DNA from: Candidatus Heimdallarchaeota archaeon
Lineage (GTDB): Archaea > Asgardarchaeota > Heimdallarchaeia > JABLTI01
Reading direction: 5' to 3'
DNA: 43,764 bases
NCBI GenBank assembly: GCA_019058275.1
Contig: JAHLVW010000079.1
Coordinates: forward strand, 1-43,764
The position numbers and the translations under genes were made by a program. A model generated the notes under the pieces. That model had not been told where the DNA came from. It worked only from the letters and a program-made list of their open reading frames with translations, and made no database searches. Below, piece after piece: positions 8,621 to 19,121 of the stretch; within the stretch, counting starts at the first letter, position 1; every line of letters begins with the position of its first letter.

Positions 8621-9793
8621 TTATCCGAAAGGAACAAAACCATACCTTGCAATTGGAATTATCAGAACAGCTAAGAATAAAGCTAGCGCAAGGAATCTGA
8701 AAACATCAAGGATTATTAATGCTGCTTTTTCATTTTTCATATATTGTAATAAAAAGGATGTAAGTAATTTATCACCATCTAATAGAAATGGTATGGGTAA
8801 AGCATTAAACAAAACTGATCCAAAAGCCACTACAGTAGTCCACATCAATTCTTGATTAAAGAAGTAAGGGAAAAATTTCGCTGCAAAGGAAAATTTTGGT
8901 TCTTGATATGCAGTAGTATAAACACCCAAATACCCTTGAGAATCATTTTGTGGACTCACACCTAAACGCACCTGTATAATTCCTTCTGTTGTATTTAGAA
9001 CTAAAAGTTCATTTGGACTTCTCTGATCCATATAGTTTGAAAAATCACTAATGCTTGCTAAATGAGTACCATTAACATCAAATATTGCCATTCCACGTTT
9101 AAGACCGCTAAGAGCTGCAGGAGTATCATCCACAACTTCTTGGATAAGAATTCCATCAGGAGGATGATAAAATGGAGCTAGAATATTAGGTGAAAAAATC
9201 AACAAAGGTATTGTTATTAATCCAAGAATTAAATTTGGAAACATACCAGATGCATATGTTCGCATTCTTGTTTTATGTGATGATTTAATAATATCTTCTT
9301 CGTCTGGCTCAACAAAAGCACCGAAGAACACAGCGAAGAATGCAAGACCTGTAGATTTTAACTCGACTCCATCAGCATGACTTACAACGCCATGTGCAAA
9401 CTCATGTGGAATCATAATTAATATTATTGGGATTATTAGATAAAGAGCAGTTTTAAATGAAATAGTAATACCAGGAATGATTAATCCTACAGTAGGTCCT
9501 TCTACTGGAATAACTGGTTTGAAGTAATTTGCTACACTGAAGACTAAAACTCCAATAGAAGCTAAAGTCATGAGTAAACCTACAACAATTGAAATATTGC
9601 CAAACGTTCGCCAAAATCTAGCGTATTTCTTAGCAATTCGTGTAATGAACTTATTGAAATGTTTTGTACGCATCAACAAGAATAAAGGACCAAGTGTCCA
9701 ATCAAAACGTTCATCAACTTTCAATAAACGACCTAGAACATAGACTATGAACCAAACTGCTGCAAGTATAAGTAGTGAATATATCCAGTTCAA
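8621..9793 (-). CDS. Site-2 protease (M50 intramembrane metalloprotease) with PDZ domain
   Basis: HEFAH, GAFVEPD, NALPIPFLLDGD; PDZ-like segment V.DDTPAALSGLKRG; multiple TM segments. Confidence 0.95.
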   Translation of the reverse strand: MNWIYSLLILAAVWFIVYVLGRLLKVDERFDWTLGPLFLLMRTKHFNKFITRIAKKYARFWRTFGNISIVVGLLMTLASIGVLVFSVANYFKPVIPVEGPTVGLIIPGITISFKTALYLIIPIILIMIPHEFAHGVVSHADGVELKSTGLAFFAVFFGAFVEPDEEDIIKSSHKTRMRTYASGMFPNLILGLITIPLLIFSPNILAPFYHPPDGILIQEVVDDTPAALSGLKRGMAIFDVNGTHLASISDFSNYMDQRSPNELLVLNTTEGIIQVRLGVSPQNDSQGYLGVYTTAYQEPKFSFAAKFFPYFFNQELMWTTVVAFGSVLFNALPIPFLLDGDKLLTSFLLQYMKNEKAALIILDVFRFLALALFLAVLIIPIARYGFVPFG

Positions 9794-9949
9794 ATCTAAT
9801 TTCCTCAGAGTATAATCTTAGAATTACTAGGTAAGACGAAGATAATAGTAGATATTTTAAAAAAGCTGTCATAAGTTTATACTTAAACTCTCGAAAAAGA
9901 AATTAAGAAGGATATTTTACAGTATTTAGTAATTGTTCAAGGTGTAATA

Positions 9950-10669
9950 ATGAAACATAAACCTTCTGGAGTAAAAACAAAAGGAATTGCAGATATTATA
10001 GATGTGAAGTATTCTAGTGAACACTGGCAATTACTTAGTAAACTAAGAGCTGATGCTCTAAGAATTATGGAAAAACTCGCACATCATAACATACAAGCAA
10101 TTCTATATGGATCCATTACTCGAGGAGATGTTTCAGAAACTAGTGATATTGATTTATTCATTCCTTACCAACTTTCATCATTCAATGTAGAATTGGCTCT
10201 CCAGCAAGAAGGATTGTCAATTTATGGTAAGAAAATTGTTCAAGCAACACCAAAACATCTGGTAAAAGCTCATATTTATCTTAGTGAAGTAATTTGTGTA
10301 ACATTTCCGTTAACATCAATAAGAGAACGTGAATTTGAGTTCATTCAATTCGGAGGTAGTGTGAATTTAGATGAACTGAAATCAGATAATCGTGTTCCTG
10401 GTGTAGATAAACGATTGCTACTAATTGAGCCAACAGATGAAGGTCATCGAGAATCACCAGTTACAGGATTTGAATCAATTGTTGCAAAGAAAGTTGGAGT
10501 AAGTGTAGGACTTGTAAGAGAAAGAGTACGAATCTTAACTACTCGAGATAAAGTAGGTAGAACTGGAGTTTATCTAGATTTTGAGTTATCACTAGATGAA
10601 AATATAGATGAAGCGTTCAAAGGTTTAAAAGACAAAGACCCAATAATTAGAAGAAGAGCCAATCAGTAA
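9950..10669 (+). CDS. Archaeal Pol-beta-superfamily nucleotidyltransferase (COG2413-like)
   Basis: YGSITRGDVSETSDIDL motif; RVPGVDKRL and GRTGV motifs typical of this archaeal family. Confidence 0.9.
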   Translation: MKHKPSGVKTKGIADIIDVKYSSEHWQLLSKLRADALRIMEKLAHHNIQAILYGSITRGDVSETSDIDLFIPYQLSSFNVELALQQEGLSIYGKKIVQATPKHLVKAHIYLSEVICVTFPLTSIREREFEFIQFGGSVNLDELKSDNRVPGVDKRLLLIEPTDEGHRESPVTGFESIVAKKVGVSVGLVRERVRILTTRDKVGRTGVYLDFELSLDENIDEAFKGLKDKDPIIRRRANQ

Positions 10670-10690
10670 AAAACTCTTGAAAAATCGCAA

Positions 10691-11827
10691 GTGATTAATG
10701 TGAAAAAGAAAATTAGAGCGCTTGAAGGAGGTTCATTTGTAAAAGGACAATTACCTCCAGGATGCATTAATTGTCGAAAAGGTGCTGAGTTATTCTTTCT
10801 CGCAACAGGAAAATGTCATGAAAATTGCTATTATTGCTCTCTATCTAAAGCAAGGCGTGGTGGAGATATAATATTAGCAAATGAACGACCAATTACTAAT
10901 TTTTCAGGAGTTATGTTAGAAACAACAAATATGAATGCTTTAGGAGCAGCTATTACTGGAGGAGATCCGCTACACTGCATTGATTTGACAGTTGACTACA
11001 TTCAGAAAATGAAAAAGGAATTTGGTGAGAAATTCCATATTCATCTATATACACCTGGCAGATATGCATCTGAGGAAAATCTGAAAAAATTATATGATGT
11101 GGGTTTAGATGAGATACGTTTTCATCCTCAAAACAAAGAACAAGAAAAAGCAATCGAAAGAGCTTTGTTCTATCCATGGTTAGTAGGGGCAGAAATTCCT
11201 GTTATTCCAGGAAATAAAAAAGAAACAATAAAGTTCCTTCAACTTCTTGAAAACCTTGAGAGAGTAAAGTTCTGCAACATGAATGAACTGGAAGCAACAG
11301 AAGCAAATTTTGAAAAACTAAAAGAAAAAGGATTAGAATTAAAAAGTGAAGATTCTTCCTCAATTGCTGGCAGTGAAGAACTGACTTTAGAAATAATGGA
11401 AGAAACTGACTTTAATATTTCACTTCACTATTGTAGCGCATTAACAAAAGATGCAGTTCAATTTAGAAATAGATTAATTCGTACTGCAAAAATTGTACGA
11501 AAACCATATGAAGAAATCCAAGATGGTATGATTGTCAAAGCAGTGTTTGAACTGCCTGAATATTTTATAGCAGAGGAATTTATTGATATTTTAATTGAAG
11601 AATATGAAGTAGAGCAAGAAATGGTATTTTTGAGGGATGACAAGAAAATTGAAACAAGTTGGTACATGGCTGATGTTCTAAAGGAAATTCTATTTAACAG
11701 ATTTGATATAGCAGATATTAGTATCATATACGAGTATCCAACTTATGGTAGAATTGTTATAGCAAAGACGTCACTACGTGAATTAGAACTTCTAGAAGGA
11801 TTAACTTCAGGCGAACAAGAGGATTGA
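10691..11827 (+). CDS. Radical SAM protein (archaeal COG2108-like)
   Basis: CHENCYYC (CxxxCxxC), ITGGDPL, HIHLYT, GLDEIRFHP, KDAVQFRNRL. Confidence 0.92.
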   Translation: MINVKKKIRALEGGSFVKGQLPPGCINCRKGAELFFLATGKCHENCYYCSLSKARRGGDIILANERPITNFSGVMLETTNMNALGAAITGGDPLHCIDLTVDYIQKMKKEFGEKFHIHLYTPGRYASEENLKKLYDVGLDEIRFHPQNKEQEKAIERALFYPWLVGAEIPVIPGNKKETIKFLQLLENLERVKFCNMNELEATEANFEKLKEKGLELKSEDSSSIAGSEELTLEIMEETDFNISLHYCSALTKDAVQFRNRLIRTAKIVRKPYEEIQDGMIVKAVFELPEYFIAEEFIDILIEEYEVEQEMVFLRDDKKIETSWYMADVLKEILFNRFDIADISIIYEYPTYGRIVIAKTSLRELELLEGLTSGEQED

Positions 11828-11878
11828 GCTAGCAAATACTTCCAATTTTTTATAAATAATACAAACATAGCTATTGGC

Positions 11879-12538
11879 ATGAATCCTCAAAATAAAGATA
11901 AAATAACATTCATCATTGCTTTAATTTTAGGAACAATATTACTAGCGGGAATTATTCTTGCAGTAGATTTCCTTTATGCAGGGATTCAAGAGCGATTTTT
12001 CGAAAACATAAGTCCGAGTTATGAACCAAATATCGAATTAGCAAATAGAGTAATCATAGCAAGCTCATTATCGATTTTTTGTGGTTTTGTAATATATGTT
12101 GCAATTGTTTGGTTTATTACTCGTTCAGAAAAAATCAAATTACAACTCGAAAATGAAAGAGTCCTTGATCAAGAGGGAAGTATAAATTTCCGATTGTTCC
12201 AATATGAAATCTCTAGTTCAATAAAAGTTCTAAGAGATTTATTTGCTTATTTAGTGATAATAGTACTAATATCCGGATTGTTCAGTTTCTTAAGATTCAT
12301 TTGGATATTTAGTAAATATCGATCTTATAATCAATTGTTTATTGAATATTATTTGGGCAATTTCACATCTATGGGTATCAGCATTACTCTATACCTTGCG
12401 TTAGGTTTTATGATTAATTATATTGTAATAACATCTCTCCAAAAATATACTCGACTGAAGCATATTTCGAAAAGCTATGATACTGCTATGGAAAAGGTTC
12501 TGGATAATTTTGATAGATTAATGAAAGAAGAGCAATGA
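11879..12538 (+). CDS. Hypothetical membrane protein (about 4 TM helices)
   Basis: Four hydrophobic stretches; family not recognised. Confidence 0.75.
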   Translation: MNPQNKDKITFIIALILGTILLAGIILAVDFLYAGIQERFFENISPSYEPNIELANRVIIASSLSIFCGFVIYVAIVWFITRSEKIKLQLENERVLDQEGSINFRLFQYEISSSIKVLRDLFAYLVIIVLISGLFSFLRFIWIFSKYRSYNQLFIEYYLGNFTSMGISITLYLALGFMINYIVITSLQKYTRLKHISKSYDTAMEKVLDNFDRLMKEEQ

Positions 12539-12591
12539 TGAAGAATTTTAGCAATGAACAGTTGAAAATATGATTCGGAGTTGATGAATAA

Positions 12592-12918
12592 TTGAAACGC
12601 AGAAGCGATGATTTGGATAAATGGATAGCCATTCTATCTAAATTAGCTCAATGTGAGGATGGTTCATCCGATGACCATAAACTAGGTCTTAGTTTCTATG
12701 CTATACGTAGCTCTGCTGTAAGTGATTATCATAAACTCAATGAAATTTTGGATGATATGGAGAAGAAAGGTTTCATCCAAGTTATAGAAGAAAGTAAAAC
12801 ATCAACTGAATGGGAAGATACAACCCTCCGAAGATATAAAATTACTATTAAGGGAATGAAAACTCTTTTTGAGATATTAATTCCTGCTAGAGATGCATTA
12901 AGGAAAATTGAATACTAA
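12592..12918 (+). CDS. Winged helix-turn-helix DNA-binding protein
   Basis: LNEILDDMEKKGFIQ...RRYKITIKG wing signature (PadR/MarR-like). Confidence 0.75.
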   Translation: MKRRSDDLDKWIAILSKLAQCEDGSSDDHKLGLSFYAIRSSAVSDYHKLNEILDDMEKKGFIQVIEESKTSTEWEDTTLRRYKITIKGMKTLFEILIPARDALRKIEY

Positions 12919-12985
12919 TTTCTACCTCGTCTATAAAGCGAAGTTTAAATAAGATTCAGTCGATGGTTAGGCGTTAGCAAATCTT

Positions 12986-14272
12986 GTGAATGAGATGACT
13001 GAAACAGGAGAAAATAACGAACAACAACCGTATGCAGAGGAAACTAAGGATTCCAACGGATTTAAAGTTCCTTTGTTTTCTATTGCTGCTTTAGGGCAAG
13101 CAGCTACTTTTATTGCTAGAACATTTACTGGTCTTTTTGCTGTATTCATTGGAGCAACTACAACTGCACTTTCACTAATAACCTCCATAAGAAATTTGAT
13201 TCAAATGGCATTCCAAGCAACATTTGGACGGATTTCAGACAGTTTCGGTCGTAAAGTTATGATGTTTATAGGGCTTTTAGTGTCAGGTATATCGCTTGCT
13301 TTCTTTCCACTAATCCAAAATGGTTGGGTTTTGGTAATAGGAGTAGTTGGGTTTTCGGTGGGATTTGCTACTTATTATCCAGCATTCACAGCATTACAAG
13401 GAGATATAACAAACAAGAAGAATCGTGCAGGATTGATTAGCTTATTAACATTAATTGGTGCATTTGCAACTTTAATCTGGCTAGTAATTGTAGGATTCAT
13501 GGGTGAGTTTGGACAAGATGAATCAAAGGAATTTCTTATCATATTCGAGATAACTGCAAGTCTCTTCATTATTGCAGCAATTACAAGCTTGTTTTTGCCA
13601 GAACCACAAACAGAAAAGCTAAAAGAACAAAAAGCCTTTTCTCTAAGACCTGTTATAGAAAATAAAACATTCAGAAATTTCGTAATAGCAAATAGTGTTG
13701 TTGCTTTTTTCATGTCTGTAGGTTGGCCAATATTCCCAATTGTTAGAGGTTACTTTGCTACTAATAAGGAAAATAGCTGGATTTGGGCGATATTCTGTTT
13801 GTTTCAAGTAATAATACTTTTGGCAACTAGAAAAATGATAAATAAAATGAACCGTAGATTACTCCTCTTTCTTGGTAGAATTGGTATGTTCTATGTTCCA
13901 TTAAACCTTGCAATTACTATATACTGGGTACCTACTTGGTGGCACCTTGCAATTGCTGGTTCAATAAGTGGGTTGTGTAATGCATTTTACTTTGTTGGTC
14001 AGAACAGCTATATCTTAGATTGTGCTCCAGAAGCAGAAAAAGGAACATATACAGGCATTCATAACTTGTTTATTGGGTTATCAACATTTGCAGGATCATT
14101 AGTAATGGGATTAATAGCAGATCATATTATGATAGTTGATGAATGGTTTACAATCTTTGTTATTTTACTAATCATTGCTGTTGGAAGGATGTTATCATCA
14201 CTAGGATTTCTATTCATTAAAGAACCAGCAGTTCGAAGAGTTTCAACTAAACAAATAAAAGATGTAAATTAA
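12986..14272 (+). CDS. MFS transporter
   Basis: About 12 TM segments; motif A FGRISDSFGRK. Confidence 0.95.
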   Translation: MNEMTETGENNEQQPYAEETKDSNGFKVPLFSIAALGQAATFIARTFTGLFAVFIGATTTALSLITSIRNLIQMAFQATFGRISDSFGRKVMMFIGLLVSGISLAFFPLIQNGWVLVIGVVGFSVGFATYYPAFTALQGDITNKKNRAGLISLLTLIGAFATLIWLVIVGFMGEFGQDESKEFLIIFEITASLFIIAAITSLFLPEPQTEKLKEQKAFSLRPVIENKTFRNFVIANSVVAFFMSVGWPIFPIVRGYFATNKENSWIWAIFCLFQVIILLATRKMINKMNRRLLLFLGRIGMFYVPLNLAITIYWVPTWWHLAIAGSISGLCNAFYFVGQNSYILDCAPEAEKGTYTGIHNLFIGLSTFAGSLVMGLIADHIMIVDEWFTIFVILLIIAVGRMLSSLGFLFIKEPAVRRVSTKQIKDVN

Positions 14273-14324
14273 AGAAAAAAATAGAAAGAGGGAAAAGAAC
14301 AGTTTTTTCCAATTTCAATTGATT

Positions 14325-16367
14325 TTAATGACGTTTTTTCTTGCATATGAAGACAATGATTACAGAGAGCATTGCAAGACCAGTGAAAATAGCAAATGGA
14401 CCAATTGAAGGTAATCCTTTCGAGAGTGTTGGATTAGTTTGTAGAATTCTTGTACCATTGATATCTGCACCTAAGTAGATGTATCCATTATCAGCCCAAA
14501 TGAAAGTATGATCTCTACCATCGCTATAATTACCAATTAACTTTGGATGACCAATAATAGTAGCATCAAAGACATCAAAACGTTGGCTATTATCTAGCAT
14601 ATAGATGTATGAGTCTTCTACAAAAATATCAACTGGATCAACCCAAGTAAAGAATTGACCAACTTTTACTGGTTCAAGCAAATCAGTTGTTATGTCAATG
14701 ATATCAAATCCTTCACCAGCAGAAATTACATAAGCATATTCTTCTTCTAAATGAATGCTAATGTAGTCAGCACTAAGTCGTGTCCAATTACTGTATGGTT
14801 CAGGATTATATGGATTAGTCATGTCTACAACATGGAAGTATTCGCCAGCAGCTAGGTAGAGATAATTTTCAGCATAAGCTAAATCCCAAACATCAGGTAT
14901 CTCATCAAAAGCTAAAGCAAATTGTGGATATTCTGGATAGAAGATATCAACTACACCAAAACCATCTACACCTAATCCCACGTAGGCATAGTCATCTGAA
15001 ACACAAAGACCTTCTATAGGTCCGTTGTAAGATACATTACCTAGTTCAATTGGGTTCGTTGGATCAGAGACATCTATAATTTTCAAGTAAGTTGCTACAA
15101 ACATGTCAACTTCTAGGATGTAAGCATAGTCATCTTTAACAACTACATCATAAATTGGGTAATCAAAATTATCAAAGAATTGCCCAACTTCGACAGGATT
15201 TTCTGGGTCAGAGATATCAACGATTTCAAGATTGTAAATATCAGCAATGTAAGCATAATCGTCATCAATGAAGAAACCCCAAGAAAAACCAGCAATTTGA
15301 TCTAACCAAAGTCTGTTCATATTCATTGGGTCAGTTGCATTGATTGCTTCAATGGAATGTATGTTATAAACATAAACTTCATTGCCATTGACTAATAAAT
15401 CGTCCATTTTTAGTGAATTGAGATATTGTGAGTAGTATAATACATTGGTTTTATTACTTACATCTACAACGATCAGTCGGTCGCCTTCTTCTACGTAAAG
15501 ATAATCACCTTGTACAAAGATGTTGTTTGGACCAGTATTATTGAACGCATAGAGATCAGTTTGACTACCTACACCAGTTTTAGTTGTCCAATTCCAAACA
15601 TAAACGAAGTCTTCACTATTGAAATAGATATAATTGTCAGCATAAAAGACATCTCTTGTATTAGCAAGAAGAATACTAAACAATTGCTGTGGAGCTACAG
15701 TAGTATCTGTAATATTAATAATTCGAACTCTATCAGAATCAACAACAAAAGAGTATCCGCTATCAACTTGGAATTCACGCAGACCACCATTAAAATATCC
15801 ACCATTATACAATGGATTTTGATAAGTTGTTACATTGATACAATGGAATCCTAAATCATCTGTATAATAAACAAAATTACCTTGTCCATATATATCATAA
15901 ATTGTAATGCCAATTGAATAGTTACAAACCATATTTATACTGCTGAAATTTGTTGCATCTAGTATTTTAAAACCAGTTGCATTTGCTACGTAAATCAGAT
16001 TTCCACTAGCATAGATTCGATTACATTCATCTTCTTCCCAGGTTGTAATAACTTCTGGACCTTCAAGACTTGAAATGTTTAACACAAGGAATCCATCAAG
16101 ACCAAGTGCTAAATAAGCAAGATCTCCGTCGAAAACTACTTCGCTAATTTCTCCGTAGTTATCATCCCAAAAACCTAATTCAGTTATATTTACTGAATCT
16201 AACGGTTTTTTAGCATTAGCTACCAAATCATTTTTGCTATCTTCATTTGTTGCACCAGCAAGTAACCTAATTTGGTCTGATATAAAAAAGGGAGAAACAA
16301 AAGCAAATACTAAAATGATAGCTATCAATTTATTTTTTCGGCTTCGCAATAGATTATTCCTATTCAT
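14325..16367 (-). CDS. LVIVD-repeat surface protein with signal peptide and C-terminal membrane anchor (paralog 1)
   Basis: Many YAY.A...LEIVDISDPENP-type repeats, N-terminal basic plus hydrophobic leader, C-terminal GPFAIF-TM-KKK tail, many NxS/T sequons. Confidence 0.93.
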   Translation of the reverse strand: MNRNNLLRSRKNKLIAIILVFAFVSPFFISDQIRLLAGATNEDSKNDLVANAKKPLDSVNITELGFWDDNYGEISEVVFDGDLAYLALGLDGFLVLNISSLEGPEVITTWEEDECNRIYASGNLIYVANATGFKILDATNFSSINMVCNYSIGITIYDIYGQGNFVYYTDDLGFHCINVTTYQNPLYNGGYFNGGLREFQVDSGYSFVVDSDRVRIINITDTTVAPQQLFSILLANTRDVFYADNYIYFNSEDFVYVWNWTTKTGVGSQTDLYAFNNTGPNNIFVQGDYLYVEEGDRLIVVDVSNKTNVLYYSQYLNSLKMDDLLVNGNEVYVYNIHSIEAINATDPMNMNRLWLDQIAGFSWGFFIDDDYAYIADIYNLEIVDISDPENPVEVGQFFDNFDYPIYDVVVKDDYAYILEVDMFVATYLKIIDVSDPTNPIELGNVSYNGPIEGLCVSDDYAYVGLGVDGFGVVDIFYPEYPQFALAFDEIPDVWDLAYAENYLYLAAGEYFHVVDMTNPYNPEPYSNWTRLSADYISIHLEEEYAYVISAGEGFDIIDITTDLLEPVKVGQFFTWVDPVDIFVEDSYIYMLDNSQRFDVFDATIIGHPKLIGNYSDGRDHTFIWADNGYIYLGADINGTRILQTNPTLSKGLPSIGPFAIFTGLAMLSVIIVFICKKKRH

Positions 16368-16375
16368 AATAACTA

Positions 16376-16472
16376 CCGCCTTAAATCATAATACCCTATT
16401 CCGCATTACGATTAAAAAACGCTAACTTCTACGAAGTTTGTTTCCGTTAAAAAAAATTATTCTTTGAGCAAG
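16376..16472 (-). repeat. Duplicated upstream/promoter block, copy 1
   Basis: Gapless 97-nt match to 18584-18680 with 80/97 identities by hand count. Contains the RBS (AAGGCGG) and TATA-like TTTTTTAAT on the minus strand. Confidence 0.85.
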
Positions 16473-16541
16473 TAAAATCTGGATTTCTAAAAAGAAAAAT
16501 AAGAGAGGAAAAGAAGAATCTTTACCAATTTTCTATTTTAT

Positions 16542-18575
16542 TTAACGACACTTTTTCTTTCGTATAAAGATGATGAGCACTGAGAGCATTGTTAGACCAG
16601 CAAAGATTGCAAATGGTCCTAAGAATGGTAGTTTAGCACTTAATGTTGGATCAGTCATCAATATTCGAGTTCCATTAACACCTTCTGCTAAGTAGATGTA
16701 ACTATTGTGTACACTGATGCCAAAGTGAGCATTGCCGTCATCAAAGTTTCCAATCAACTTTGGATGATTTATGTATGTTAAGTCAAAAACATCTAAACCT
16801 TCTGCAGCATCTAACATATAAACGAATCTTCCTTCAACAAAGATATCAATAGGAACCTTCCAAGTAAAGTATTGACCTATTTTAACAGGATTTTCTTTGT
16901 CAATTATATCAATGACATCGAATCCTTCCCAGGACATTACGAAAGCATAATCTTCTGTAACATGCATATCCATGTATACAGCATTTGGTCTTGTCCAGTT
17001 GCTTAGTTCTTCTGGATTGAATGGATTAGTTAAGTCAATAACATGGAAGTAATCCAAAGCTGCAAGTAAAAGATAAGTGTCAACCATTGCTGCACTGAAT
17101 ATTACTGGAACTTCGTGATAAATCATTGTCAATTGAGGATAGTCAGGGTAGTAAATGTCAATAATTGCTAAACCATCACCAGCAAGTGATACAAAAGCAA
17201 ACTCTTCGGTTACAAAGAGATCCCACATACCAAATCCAATCAAAGATATATTACCCATTTCAGTTATATTTGTAGGATCAGAAACATCTAGGATTTTTAG
17301 ACCAAATCCTGCTTCAAGAATGTAAGCATAATCATCCTTAACATTAACTTGGATGATATTTCCACCATCATCGAAGAATTTACCAATTTTTACTGGATTA
17401 GCAGGATCGCTTATGTCTAGAATTTCTAAGTTTGAAGTATCTGCAACGTAAGCGTAAGATCCATCGATAAAGAATCCAACAGTTTGACCATAAATTTGGT
17501 CGAACCACAGAATTACTAAGTTCATTGTATCTGCAGCATCTATAATCTCAAAAGTATAGGTATCATAAGCAAAAACAATATCTCCATCTACTATTATATC
17601 ATTGATGAAGAAATTATTATCAAACATCGAGTGGTATTGTACATTAGTTTTATTACTAATATCAACTAGTACTATATCATCTCCTTCCTCAATGTAAAGA
17701 TAGTTGCCAGCAACCTGGATGTCATTTATACCTGTATTATTAATATCATAAATATCAGTATTCACTGGTACTGCTAGTCTATCTGTAAAGTTGAAAAGCC
17801 ATACGTTGTCAGCATTTGCCACATAAATGTAGTTATTGGCATAGTAGAAATCATTCATATTTGGTACTTGAATGAAGTACATATAATCGATATTTGTAGG
17901 ATCAGTTACATTAAACACCTGACATTGATCATTATCTGTTTGAACGTAAGCCCATCTTTCATCTATTTTGACTTCTATTTGGAGTTCATAATAGTCAGTG
18001 TCTTGATAATGGTCTACATATGATGGATTTAGTAAATCGCTTATATTGTAGATATAAAATCTATCATTTCTTGTATAATAGACAAGATCACTTTGTCCGT
18101 AGATATCTCTTACTTGAGATGCTGACCAATTAGTAGCTAAATTAAGATTATTAATATCACTAGCATCTAAAACATAAATGGCTGAGTTATTTGAACAATA
18201 GATATAGTTTCCAGCAGCATAGATGTAATTGCAAGTGTAATCATCCCAAGAAGTTTCAATAACTGGGATAGATGCATTTGTTACATCATAGATTAACAAT
18301 CCTTCAGCTCCTAAAGCAAGGTAAGCGTAGTTCCCGACAACCGAGACATCATTTATTTGTCCGTAATTGTCGTCCCAATAACCAATTTCAGTAATATTTA
18401 CTGTGTCTAATGGTTTCTTGGCATTAATTGACAACCCATTATTATTTTCCTCTTCAGATATACCTGCTAGCATTCTAACTTGATCTGAAACTAAAAACGG
18501 TAGTAGAAAAGTAATAATGAATATGAAAGCAATTATTTTAGTTTTTCGGCTTCTTAATAGATTATTTTTTCTCAT
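16542..18575 (-). CDS. LVIVD-repeat surface protein with signal peptide and C-terminal membrane anchor (paralog 2)
   Basis: Colinear with 14325-16367 (M.{2}NNLLRSRK, NAKKPLD.VNITE.G.WDDNYG, GPFAIF.GL.MLSV); tandem duplicate. Confidence 0.93.
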   Translation of the reverse strand: MRKNNLLRSRKTKIIAFIFIITFLLPFLVSDQVRMLAGISEEENNNGLSINAKKPLDTVNITEIGYWDDNYGQINDVSVVGNYAYLALGAEGLLIYDVTNASIPVIETSWDDYTCNYIYAAGNYIYCSNNSAIYVLDASDINNLNLATNWSASQVRDIYGQSDLVYYTRNDRFYIYNISDLLNPSYVDHYQDTDYYELQIEVKIDERWAYVQTDNDQCQVFNVTDPTNIDYMYFIQVPNMNDFYYANNYIYVANADNVWLFNFTDRLAVPVNTDIYDINNTGINDIQVAGNYLYIEEGDDIVLVDISNKTNVQYHSMFDNNFFINDIIVDGDIVFAYDTYTFEIIDAADTMNLVILWFDQIYGQTVGFFIDGSYAYVADTSNLEILDISDPANPVKIGKFFDDGGNIIQVNVKDDYAYILEAGFGLKILDVSDPTNITEMGNISLIGFGMWDLFVTEEFAFVSLAGDGLAIIDIYYPDYPQLTMIYHEVPVIFSAAMVDTYLLLAALDYFHVIDLTNPFNPEELSNWTRPNAVYMDMHVTEDYAFVMSWEGFDVIDIIDKENPVKIGQYFTWKVPIDIFVEGRFVYMLDAAEGLDVFDLTYINHPKLIGNFDDGNAHFGISVHNSYIYLAEGVNGTRILMTDPTLSAKLPFLGPFAIFAGLTMLSVLIIFIRKKKCR

Positions 18576-18583
18576 GGCTTATT

Positions 18584-18680
18584 CCGCCTTGTTTTATAAC
18601 TCTCTATTCCGCATTAATATTAAAAAACGCTAACCTTTACAAAGATTGTTTCCTTTAAAAAACATTATTCTAGGAGCAAG
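18584..18680 (-). repeat. Duplicated upstream/promoter block, copy 2
   Basis: Matches 16376-16472; shared blocks CTATTCCGCATTA, ATTAAAAAACGCTAAC, TTGTTTCC, GAGCAAG. Confidence 0.85.
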
Positions 18681-18735
18681 AGTTAGAGTAAGGTAGAAGA
18701 AGAAAAAATTGCTGTATTGTTATTAGCTTCTTCTT

Positions 18736-19011
18736 TTATTTCTTTTGTGAGATTAAATCCAATGCAGTTTCTGGATTCATTATAGGTACAAAACTGAGTC
18801 TTAGCTCAGGTTGGTGATATAAATGCAGGTTTACTATTTGTTCATCACTTTCTGCATTACAGACTGTTATCCCTTTTGCTTCACCATTAAACATGAAAGG
18901 TCCAGATATAATTTCAGGATATTTTTTTCTTTCATTTTCCAGTTTTTGGAATTTCTTAATGACAACCACTATCTCATCAGCATTATACTCCCAAAATACT
19001 ATGAATTTCAT
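18736..19011 (-). CDS. Small DUF3303/GYD-like dimeric alpha+beta barrel protein
   Basis: MKFIVFWE...KGITVCNAESDEQI...PELRLSFVPI pattern. ATG at 19011 preferred over the GTG at 19023. Confidence 0.7.
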   Translation of the reverse strand: MKFIVFWEYNADEIVVVIKKFQKLENERKKYPEIISGPFMFNGEAKGITVCNAESDEQIVNLHLYHQPELRLSFVPIMNPETALDLISQKK

Positions 19012-19121
19012 TAGTAATCGCACACGATTGACAAATACAAATTAAGATTTCAAGTAATTAGATGTTATACGTTTTTAAATTAGTTTTCCCTCTCCTTTTC
19101 ATTGTAAAAAGAAATTGTAGT

